In this document: in pieces, positions 23,776 to 31,341 of the stretch | How the letters are laid out: each line of letters opens with the position of its first letter | Position numbering within the stretch: position 1 is the first letter of the stretch | Origin: Candidatus Woesearchaeota archaeon | Lineage (GTDB): Archaea > Nanobdellota > Nanobdellia > Pacearchaeales > GW2011-AR1 | Assembly: GCA_964559675.1 (NCBI GenBank) | Contig: CAZLHJ010000002.1 | Span: 658 to 64,657, forward strand | Length of the DNA stretch: 64,000 nucleotides | Direction: 5' to 3' | Position numbers and translations under genes: made by a program | Notes under the pieces: model-generated | Seen by the model: only the letters and a program-made list of their open reading frames with translations | Databases searched by the model: none | What the model was told of the DNA's origin: nothing

Positions 23776-24561
23776 TTATAGACTTCTGAGTTGAATTAAT
23801 GTGGGAAGAGAGACTATTTTTCTTAATGAATTCGAGAGAGATAAGAAGATTTTCTTATTATTTTCTCTGATTTTTTCTATAGGTATTCCTTTTTTTAGAA
23901 TTCTTTGTATATAATCCCGTATCGAAGACTCAGTTAGATTAAGAGTTGTTGAGAGCATTAAATAATCGACGATAAATCCTTTTTCTTCTAATTCATAGAG
24001 GGTTTGCAATACTTGCATCTCTTGATTGGTAAGCTTCTTTACTTTAGATCTGAGTTCTTTCTTAATATCATCTAAAGAGGCTAAAAATTCTGAGAGTTGG
24101 TGGAGTTTGTCCACTCGGATTTGGGCCTTATGTGTTGGAATATGTGTCGAAGAATGTGTCGAATTATAGGATTGTGCGAACTTGACCCCTTCATTTCCTG
24201 TCGAAGTGTCTGTCTGTTGGTCTGTCTGTCTGTCTGTCGAAACCCCCTTATTTCTTGTGGAAATGTCTAAATTTGAGCTTTTTACGCGTTCTAGAGGCAA
24301 ATTACCTGTCGAAGAATGTGTCGAAAGGTCTTTTTCTGTTTGATTTACTTGTTCTTGAGTTGGATTAATCTGTCGAAGTGTCTGTCTAATTGTTGGATTA
24401 TTCGTTGGATTGATTGTCTGTCTGTCTAAAGTTCGTTTTAGTTCTCTAATTTCATTTGTTAGATTAGAAATCTCTGATTGTATGTCTAGAATATCTTGTT
24501 TCACCTTTGCAAATGCGTCTTTTATAGCGTCAGCCATGTTTTTTAGAACTGACTTAAGCAT
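23776..24561 (-). CDS. Coiled-coil / short-repeat / C-terminal winged-helix protein (family member 2)
   Basis: The N-terminus AFAKVKQDILDIQSEI...TLDRQ aligns with member 1. The centre is repetitive (STHSST, DRQTDQQTD, INPT). The C-terminal part is LTNQEMQVLQTLYELEEKGFIVDYLMLSTTLNLTESSIRDYIQRILKKG. Confidence 0.6.
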   Translation of the reverse strand: MLKSVLKNMADAIKDAFAKVKQDILDIQSEISNLTNEIRELKRTLDRQTINPTNNPTIRQTLRQINPTQEQVNQTEKDLSTHSSTGNLPLERVKSSNLDISTRNKGVSTDRQTDQQTDTSTGNEGVKFAQSYNSTHSSTHIPTHKAQIRVDKLHQLSEFLASLDDIKKELRSKVKKLTNQEMQVLQTLYELEEKGFIVDYLMLSTTLNLTESSIRDYIQRILKKGIPIEKIRENNKKIFLSLSNSLRKIVSLPTLIQLRSL

Positions 24562-24642
24562 ATAAAGATTATTATAAAGAGATTATAGCTTTTAGTTGAC
24601 TTAGGAGAATAGATTTATAAACAGTTTAAAAGTTGTTTTTTT

Positions 24643-24960
24643 ATGGGAAGAGCAGTAATCTTGGTCGGAAAATTAAATCATATATCTGAGAGTTATCAGT
24701 TTATGATTGGTCTAGAGTATTCCTCAGGCATTTATATTGGTTCAGAAGATAGGGCACAATTTTACGATGAATTTTCAGATTTTATTGTTCAAAAAGTTTT
24801 GAATTTTGGTTCTAATCTCCAATTGGGGGTATTGAATGGTTGGAGAATTGGTGAAGCGGGGAATGAACGAATAGGAAAACTTGAAGAACATTTAGTTGAA
24901 AAACTTTCGGGAATTGTGAAGAGAAAGATTATAGAAAATACCTCTTCGCAATCTATATGA
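24643..24960 (+). CDS. Hypothetical protein
   Basis: Track ORF. TTTATAAA lies about 24 nt upstream of the ATG. Confidence 0.4.
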   Translation: MGRAVILVGKLNHISESYQFMIGLEYSSGIYIGSEDRAQFYDEFSDFIVQKVLNFGSNLQLGVLNGWRIGEAGNERIGKLEEHLVEKLSGIVKRKIIENTSSQSI

Positions 24961-25025
24961 AATATTACCTAGAAATACGTTAAATTGATAGACAGATTTA
25001 TATAATTTTGAGTTTGAATATAAAT

Positions 25026-25223
25026 ATGTCGGGTGAAAACTATATGGGTAGAAATGTTGAGGAAGGAAAGGGCTATGACTTTGAAGATGGAACTAGAGTT
25101 AGAACATTTACTACTGAAGAGATTAGGAATGGAAGAAGAAAGCCTGTTGAAACTTATAGATTTTGTCAGGCGATGAGACATTGGAGAGAAAGAAGTATGG
25201 ATAGCCATAGAAGATTTGATTAA
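25026..25223 (+). CDS. Hypothetical small basic protein
   Basis: The ATG at 25026 is preferred over the TTG at 25008 used by the track. No motif recognised. Confidence 0.35.
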   Translation: MSGENYMGRNVEEGKGYDFEDGTRVRTFTTEEIRNGRRKPVETYRFCQAMRHWRERSMDSHRRFD

Positions 25224-25272
25224 TTTATTCTATTTAACTAAAATTTATTAAGAGTATTGACTTGATAGAATC

Positions 25273-25485
25273 GTGTTTGAGGAAAGAGAAGATATGGATG
25301 ATTTTTATTTACCTGAAATAATTAATAGGGGGGAAGAGATTGTTTTTGAGAGTTTAGTAAACCCTGATCCTTCTTTGAGATACAGGATTATTCATGAGGG
25401 TCGTAATGACATTTATAATAAGTTGGTTGAATTAGAGGAGAATAGATCTTCTGAAAGAGTTAAACTTGATGTCTTCCTGAATTAA
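25273..25485 (+). CDS. Hypothetical protein (GTG start)
   Basis: Track ORF only. Confidence 0.3.
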   Translation: MFEEREDMDDFYLPEIINRGEEIVFESLVNPDPSLRYRIIHEGRNDIYNKLVELEENRSSERVKLDVFLN

Positions 25486-25760
25486 TTGAATTTATTTAAT
25501 TTTGAATATATTTCATATGCTTCTTTTGTAAGGGTCCAACGTTGACGTCTTTTATAGTCTAAACCTAGAGAATTTTTATTAATTTCTGAGACTAAATTCT
25601 TTTTCTTAAGATCTGATAGAATAGATTTTGTGAATTCTTCATCCCGGGCGATTTCTTGTGCAATTTTATTGGTGAATTGTGCTGAAGGAGATGTTGAAAA
25701 TAAGTAATGTAGGATTTGTTCTGAAATCTTTTGAATCTTTTGTTGAGATATTTTGGGCAT
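25482..25760 (-). CDS. Small winged-helix DNA-binding protein
   Basis: 92 aa. ISEQILHYLFSTSPSAQFTNKIAQEIARDEEFTKSILSDLKKKNLVSEI...RRQRWTLTKEAYEIY follows a helix-turn-helix plus wing pattern. Confidence 0.55.
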   Translation of the reverse strand: MPKISQQKIQKISEQILHYLFSTSPSAQFTNKIAQEIARDEEFTKSILSDLKKKNLVSEINKNSLGLDYKRRQRWTLTKEAYEIYSKLNKFN

Positions 25761-25810
25761 TTTTATAAATGATTAAGAAAGTTTATAAAAGTATTCGGTT
25801 TAATTTTTTT

Positions 25811-26110
25811 ATGAGAATTCCTGAAACTGGCAGAGCATTGAAAGGTGCAATTAGAAGGATAAAAAGAAGATATGCTCAAACAATTACTTCTGTTAGAAGA
25901 GAATATGGAGAAGAGTATCTTAAAGAAGAGAGGGGTGGAGAAAGTTATCTTAATACGAATAGATTGAACATGATTGATTTACTGAAATTAGAAGAGGATT
26001 TGGAGTTAAGAGAAGAGAGGTTATTGAGAAGAATGAGAAGATATGAAGATAGATTGGAAAGTATTAGAGAAAGAAGTATTTTTAGATTATGTTTTGATTC
26101 TGTGTTTTAA
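25811..26110 (+). CDS. Hypothetical Arg/Glu-rich protein
   Basis: Track ORF 25769..26110; the start at the internal Met is preferred. Predicted to be charged and helical. Confidence 0.35.
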   Translation: MRIPETGRALKGAIRRIKRRYAQTITSVRREYGEEYLKEERGGESYLNTNRLNMIDLLKLEEDLELREERLLRRMRRYEDRLESIRERSIFRLCFDSVF

Positions 26111-26127
26111 AGTGTTTTTTTAATCTA

Positions 26128-26142
26128 TTTATTAAAGCGAAC
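26128..26142 (+). repeat. 15-bp partial copy TTTATTAAAGCGAAC at the right edge of the island
   Basis: Matches the 3' 15 nt core of the 23-bp repeat. It lies 42 nt upstream of the lhr start. Confidence 0.8.
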
Positions 26143-26183
26143 ATTTAAAAATTGAGCCGTCGAGTATTTATTACCTATTTTTA

Positions 26184-28781
26184 GTGAAAATGACTAGTAT
26201 AGAATATATTGATGCGCTTCCTAGTAAGGAAGTTGAAAAAATCTTGAACCCTCTTGTCAAGGAATGGTTCTTTGGAAGGTTTGAGGATTTCAGCCTTACT
26301 CAGAGGTATAGTGTAAAGAGAATTCATGATAGGAAAAATATTCTTGTGAGTGCGCCTACTGGTGGAACTAAAACTTTGAGTGCGTTCTTGAGTATTTTGA
26401 ACTATTTGGTAGATATTAGTTTGAAAAAAGAACTTGAAGATAAGATTTATGCCGTTTATTGTTCACCACTTAAGGCCTTGAGTAATGATATTTATGTTAA
26501 TTTAATTAGACCTCTTGAAGAAATTAAAGAATTGGCTGAGAAAAGAGGTTTGAAGATGCAAGATATTAGGGTAGGGTTAAGGACTGGAGATACAGATGCT
26601 AAAGAAAGAGCGAAAATGGCTAGGAAAGTTCCACACATACTTGTAACAACTCCGGAAAGTTTAGCTATTGTTTTAACCACTCCTAAAATGGTTGAAAATT
26701 TGAGAGCACTTGAGTTTGTAATTATTGATGAAATTCATGCTTTAACTAATAAAAGAGGAGTTTATTTGAGTTTGACCTTAGAAAGATTACATGATACAAG
26801 TTTAATCGAACCTGTGAGGATAGGTTTGAGCGCGACAGTCTCCCCTATTGAAGAAGTTGCTAAATTTTTAGTTGGGGAAGGAAGAGAATGCAATATAGCT
26901 CAAGTTAAAATGGTAAAGAAGATAGAAATTGAATTAGATTTTCCTGGGAAAAACATACTTGAAGCTGAGAGTTTGGAAAGCCAGAAAGAATTATACCACT
27001 TATTGGATGGGATAATAGAGAAGAATAGAACTACTTTAATTTTTACAAATACTAGGGCGGCTACTGAAAGAATAATTCATTATTTAGATTTACATTTTCC
27101 TGGAAAATATGTTGGGAATATTGGTGCACATCATAGTTCAATGAGTAAAGATCAGAGGTTTATGATCGAAGAGAGATTGAGAAATGGAGACTTGAAGGTA
27201 GTTGTTAGTTCTACCAGTTTAGAATTGGGAATAGATATTGGAAGTATAGATATTGTTGTACTTTTGAAGAGCCCTAAGGGAGTTTCTAGATCATTACAAA
27301 GAATAGGTAGAGCAGGACATAAATTACATGATAATCCTAGGGGAAAATTTATTGTTTTGGATAGAGATGATTTAGTCGAATGTAGTGTTTTGATGAAAGA
27401 TATGATTGAAGGTAAGATTGATCGGGCAGATATACCTAAAAACTCACTTGATGTTTTGGCTCAGCAAATTTATGGAATGGCGATAAGTAGAATTTGGGAT
27501 GTTGATGAGATGTTAAGAGTAATTAGAAGAAGTTACTGTTATAAAGATTTGAGTAAAAATGATTTCTTTGATGTTTTGAGTTATCTTGCAGGAGATTATG
27601 CCCTTGAACACAGAAGTGTTTATGGAAAGATATGGTATGATCCTGAGACTAAACAAGTTGGAAAGAAAGGCAAATTAGCTAGAGTTATATATATGACTAA
27701 CATTGGAACAATTCCTGATGAGAGTTATATTTCGGTAGTTGTTCAAGCTCCAGCGGAAAGGAAGGGGCAAGTTGTTGGAAAAATTGACGAGGGTTTTCTT
27801 GAAAGAATGAAGAGGGGAGATGTATTTACATTAGGTGGTCAGAAATTTCAATTCTTGTATACTCGAGGAATGAAAGCATATGTGTCTGCAGATGTTAGTA
27901 AAAAAGTCACAATCCCTAGTTGGTTTAGTGAAATGTTGCCTCTGAGCTACGATGTTGCATTGGATATTGGTAAATTTAGATCGTATGTTAAAGAAAGAAT
28001 TAAGAAAAAGAAAGAGTGTATTGAGTTTATTAAAGATTATATTCATTGTAATGATAAAATAGCTAAAGAAATTTATAATTATTTTTATGAACAGTTTAAG
28101 TTTTCTGAAATTCCAGATTATAAGACAATAGTGATTGAGAAGTTTAAGGAAGAAAAAGAATATTTGATGTTTCATACCTTATTTGGGAGAAGAGTTAATG
28201 ATGTTTTAAGTAGGGCGTTTGGGTTTGCTGCTGGAAGATTGAAAATGAGAGATGTTGAAGTTGGAATAAGTGATAATGGATTCTATATTGCGGGAGAAGG
28301 ATTGGATGAGGAGAAAATTCTTAAGTTTGTTAATAGTAAAGATTTAGGAAAGATTTTAGAAGAAGCTTTGGAAAAAACAGAAGTTTTGAAGAGAAGATTC
28401 AGACATTGTGCAGGTAGAAGTTTGATGATATTGAGAAATTATAAAGGTAGAGAGAAGAGCGCGGGAAGGCAACAAGTCCATTCTGGAATTTTATATGCTG
28501 CAGTTAGAAAAATAAGTAAGGATTTTCCAATATTAAGGGAAGCTAGAAGAGAAGTTTTAGAAGATTTGATGGATATAAAAAGTGCGACCGAGGTAATTGA
28601 ATATATCGAGAAAGGTAAAATTAAAGTTGTTAAGAAAAGATTACCTTTTGTTAGTCCGTTTGGTCTGAATTTAATGATGCAAGGAAGATCTGATTTGATT
28701 AAAATGGAAGATAGAAATAATTTCTTGAAGAGGATGCATAAGTTACATATGAAAGCAATTGGCGAAGATGAAAGTAAATAA
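26184..28781 (+). CDS. lhr: Lhr-type superfamily 2 DNA helicase
   Basis: Motif I SAPTGGTKT, motif II DEIH, motif III SAT and motif VI QRIGRAGH. The 865-aa length with a long C-terminal extension is typical of the Lhr core. Confidence 0.85.
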   Translation: MKMTSIEYIDALPSKEVEKILNPLVKEWFFGRFEDFSLTQRYSVKRIHDRKNILVSAPTGGTKTLSAFLSILNYLVDISLKKELEDKIYAVYCSPLKALSNDIYVNLIRPLEEIKELAEKRGLKMQDIRVGLRTGDTDAKERAKMARKVPHILVTTPESLAIVLTTPKMVENLRALEFVIIDEIHALTNKRGVYLSLTLERLHDTSLIEPVRIGLSATVSPIEEVAKFLVGEGRECNIAQVKMVKKIEIELDFPGKNILEAESLESQKELYHLLDGIIEKNRTTLIFTNTRAATERIIHYLDLHFPGKYVGNIGAHHSSMSKDQRFMIEERLRNGDLKVVVSSTSLELGIDIGSIDIVVLLKSPKGVSRSLQRIGRAGHKLHDNPRGKFIVLDRDDLVECSVLMKDMIEGKIDRADIPKNSLDVLAQQIYGMAISRIWDVDEMLRVIRRSYCYKDLSKNDFFDVLSYLAGDYALEHRSVYGKIWYDPETKQVGKKGKLARVIYMTNIGTIPDESYISVVVQAPAERKGQVVGKIDEGFLERMKRGDVFTLGGQKFQFLYTRGMKAYVSADVSKKVTIPSWFSEMLPLSYDVALDIGKFRSYVKERIKKKKECIEFIKDYIHCNDKIAKEIYNYFYEQFKFSEIPDYKTIVIEKFKEEKEYLMFHTLFGRRVNDVLSRAFGFAAGRLKMRDVEVGISDNGFYIAGEGLDEEKILKFVNSKDLGKILEEALEKTEVLKRRFRHCAGRSLMILRNYKGREKSAGRQQVHSGILYAAVRKISKDFPILREARREVLEDLMDIKSATEVIEYIEKGKIKVVKKRLPFVSPFGLNLMMQGRSDLIKMEDRNNFLKRMHKLHMKAIGEDESK

Positions 28782-28826
28782 TTGCTTAACAAATAGAATT
28801 AAATATTTGGAAGATTTTGGGTTTAT

Positions 28827-29276
28827 ATGGGTTATTCTGCAAAAAGAAGCATTAGTGTTTGGAAAAGGCCGTTGAATTCTTCAGAGAGGAGGTATAAAGT
28901 AAGTGTTAATCTTTTGAATTCTGTAGGGAGTTATGATTTTTTTGTTGCACCTCCTGAACGGAGTTTTCAAGAAAGAAATGTAAGAGAAACTTTGAAGAGT
29001 ATTTTAGGTTTGAGTAAGGGTTTAGACGTTTGTATATTGAGAAGAGAAAACGGAACTGGGAGAATAAGTGTTTGTCAAGCCTTTAAAACTAAAAATTATG
29101 ATTTGGAAAAAGAGAGATTTGAAGAGTTGGCTAGAGAATTTGCATTATCTTATGCAGAACAAATATCGGACAGTTGGAATGTAGATTTGAATGATCATAC
29201 TAGAAAAGAACTTAAATTTCCTAGGAAATTTGCTGAAGCCGTTCATCGTATTTATTCTAAAAGGCGTTCTGCTTAA
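28827..29276 (+). CDS. Hypothetical protein between lhr and the phosphoesterase gene
   Basis: Track ORF, 149 aa, no motif recognised. Confidence 0.4.
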   Translation: MGYSAKRSISVWKRPLNSSERRYKVSVNLLNSVGSYDFFVAPPERSFQERNVRETLKSILGLSKGLDVCILRRENGTGRISVCQAFKTKNYDLEKERFEELAREFALSYAEQISDSWNVDLNDHTRKELKFPRKFAEAVHRIYSKRRSA

Positions 29277-29323
29277 AGTGACTTAAGGAAAAACCTTAAT
29301 AATAACTAATTTTGGGTATTTAT

Positions 29324-30058
29324 ATGAAAGCTAATAATGAGTTTGAATTTATGGGGAAATGTTTGTATGTGCCAGAGATAAAAGCATTAGTAATTGGGGA
29401 TTTGCATTTAGGATATGAAGAATTTTTGAATAGGTCTGGAATATTAATTTCTAGGCAAATGTTTGGTGAGATTTTGAAAGAGATTGGTGAGGTGATTGAT
29501 AAGATTTTAGAGAAAGGTTTGGGAATTGAGAAAATTATTTTATTAGGTGATGTTAAACATAGTTTTTCTAAAAATTTAAGACAGGAATGGAATGATGTAT
29601 TGGAGTTTTTTGATTTCTTGAGTGTTGAGAAAGGTGTTGAGAAAATAATTGTAACAAGAGGAAATCATGATAATTATTTGAAAACTATTGCTGGAAAGAG
29701 AAAAGTTGAAGTTTTAGATTATTTCATTGATAGAGAATATGCTTTTTTCCATGGTGATAAAGAATTTGTTGAAATTTATGATAAAAATATAAAATATTTT
29801 ATAGTTGGTCATGGGCATCCTGCAATTAAAATAAAAGAAGGGATTAAAGTTGAGAAATTTAAGTGTTTTTTAATTGGGGATATTGATAAAAAGAAAATCG
29901 TTATTTTGCCTAGTTTTATAGAATATAATGAAGGTAGTGATCCAAGAGAAAATGATTTGAACATGTTTAAAGAATTTAATTATGATAAGTTCGAAGTTCT
30001 AATAGTGAGTGATAATTTAGAAGTTTTGAATTTTGGTAAAATAAAGAATTTAGCTTAA
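29324..30058 (+). CDS. Binuclear metallophosphoesterase (MPE/PdeM-like, SbcD/Mre11-related)
   Basis: Motifs VIGDLHLG, LLGDVKH, RGNHD and VGHGHP appear in the canonical order. Confidence 0.75.
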   Translation: MKANNEFEFMGKCLYVPEIKALVIGDLHLGYEEFLNRSGILISRQMFGEILKEIGEVIDKILEKGLGIEKIILLGDVKHSFSKNLRQEWNDVLEFFDFLSVEKGVEKIIVTRGNHDNYLKTIAGKRKVEVLDYFIDREYAFFHGDKEFVEIYDKNIKYFIVGHGHPAIKIKEGIKVEKFKCFLIGDIDKKKIVILPSFIEYNEGSDPRENDLNMFKEFNYDKFEVLIVSDNLEVLNFGKIKNLA

Positions 30059-30477
30059 ATCTTTACTTTTGGAATTGGAATGTGTATTGGTAAATTAACT
30101 TCTTCTTCTAATGATACTGCTTTTAATGTACACTTTCTTAAAATTAAATTATATAATGATTCTCTATATTGTGTTGGTGTTTCTTTCTTTTTCCATTCTT
30201 TTAAGAATTCTTTTTCTTCTTCCTCTGAAACAGTTAAAGCGAAATTTCCTTCAATTAACAAGTAGTTTTCTTTTATTTCTTTGTTTTTAGATTTTTCAGT
30301 ATTATCTGTGTATGTAATTTTATAACTAAATGAAATTTTCAATATTTTTGAAGTGATTAAATCTGAATTTTCTTTTTCTATGTTTGTGAATGAAATTATC
30401 ATATTTGGAGAAACGTTCTGCATCTTCACTAACTTATGTGCTTCAATTTTTGTGAAATTAAATCCTACTGTTTGCAT
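30055..30477 (-). CDS. Hypothetical protein
   Basis: Track ORF, 140 aa, no confident motif. Confidence 0.4.
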   Translation of the reverse strand: MQTVGFNFTKIEAHKLVKMQNVSPNMIISFTNIEKENSDLITSKILKISFSYKITYTDNTEKSKNKEIKENYLLIEGNFALTVSEEEEKEFLKEWKKKETPTQYRESLYNLILRKCTLKAVSLEEEVNLPIHIPIPKVKI

Positions 30478-30521
30478 GTTATTAATAAAAAATTTATGTT
30501 TTTAAAGATTGTTATAGTTCT

Positions 30522-30782
30522 TTATAGAAGGTCTTCTTCAGAAACCACTACAAAATCACCAATAGCAATTATTGTGTTATATGGAATTAAGGGCTCTTTT
30601 GAAGAAGTGTACTCTAAATTTAATGATCTTGAATAAGGAGTTGCGTCTTTTACTATTATTTGAATTAATTCACCTGTTCTTGTTTCGAAAGTAACGTCTT
30701 TTACTAGACCTAGCCTTTTACCTTCTTTTGTAACAATTAATTTGCTTAAGATTTCTCTTAAGGGTTTTTTATCTAGTCCCAT
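30522..30782 (-). CDS. PRC-barrel domain protein
   Basis: KRLGLVKDVTFETRTGELIQIIV...PYNTIIAIGDFVVV. Confidence 0.65.
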   Translation of the reverse strand: MGLDKKPLREILSKLIVTKEGKRLGLVKDVTFETRTGELIQIIVKDATPYSRSLNLEYTSSKEPLIPYNTIIAIGDFVVVSEEDLL

Positions 30783-30999
30783 GATTAAATTTTAAGATGG
30801 TAAGTATATAAATATTATTGTTGGGAAAATAGAGATAATTGAGAGTTTAATATTGATGATTTTTTTATATATTGAAACGTGATTGATATTTTTGATAATA
30901 GTGTGGAATTAATAGGTATTGGGTAAGGGTAAGTGGAAAATTAATAGAAATATATTTTATTGTGAGTTTTGATGAAAATATTAAATAAAATTGAGTTAA

Positions 31000-31027
31000 C
31001 TCCCCCACCCTTGCGTTTCTTATGGAA
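31000..31027 (-). promoter_or_regulatory. ORB-like origin recognition box 1
   Basis: The minus strand reads TTCCATAAGAAACGCAAGGGTGGGGGAG, that is TTCCA...GAAA plus a G-string. Confidence 0.75.
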
Positions 31028-31080
31028 AAATAATAAACTTTAAATAAGGAAGACTTTCTTTTCTTTTTCTATTTTTCTTT

Positions 31081-31140
31081 TTTAAATATATATATTATAT
31101 ATTATATATTATATTATATATAATTATAAAGTATATGTTA
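31081..31140. other. AT-only DNA unwinding element
   Basis: TTTAAATATATATATTATATATTATATATTATATTATATATAATTATAAAGTATATG contains only two G and no C. Confidence 0.7.
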
Positions 31141-31184
31141 TAGTTCGTATTAATTTGAGACGTATTAATTTGTTATTTATTTAG

Positions 31185-31210
31185 TTCCATAAGAAGTGTA
31201 GGTGTGGGTG
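31185..31210 (+). promoter_or_regulatory. ORB-like origin recognition box 2
   Basis: TTCCATAAGAAGTGTAGGTGTGGGTG. Confidence 0.7.
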
Positions 31211-31263
31211 TAGATTTATTGTTTTTGTATTTATTCATTATTTTTCGAGGATAATTAAATAAA

Positions 31264-31289
31264 TTCCATGAGAAATAACGGTTGGTGTG
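31264..31289 (+). promoter_or_regulatory. ORB-like origin recognition box 3
   Basis: TTCCATGAGAAATAACGGTTGGTGTG. Confidence 0.6.
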
Positions 31290-31341
31290 CAGATAAGTTT
31301 ATATATGAAAATAAGTTTAACAAATTATCAAAGAGGTTGAA

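Larger units (their letters stand above)
31000..31289. other. Chromosomal replication origin core (ORB boxes plus DNA unwinding element)
   Basis: Three related ORB-like boxes in inverted arrangement flank an AT-only tract. The core lies immediately upstream of orc1/cdc6. Confidence 0.8.

Noticed and set aside
26492-28792. Minus-strand track ORFs inside lhr (26492..26680, 27831..28175, 28439..28792)
   Set aside because: These are antisense shadows in AT-rich DNA with low-complexity, Phe/Ile/Leu-rich translations. Similar shadows occur at 30080..30265, 30436..30636, 31980..32174, 32328..32621, 32758..33146, 34925..35182, 35997..36239, 37595..37951 and 39551..39754. Others are at 42883..43276, 44897..45088, 46976..47242, 47921..48184, 49431..49619, 51206..51427, 54534..54749 and 62475..62675.
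31081-31140. TA-rich microsatellite as an assembly artefact or simple low-complexity DNA
   Set aside because: Its position between inverted ORB-like boxes directly upstream of orc1/cdc6 is better explained as the origin unwinding element.
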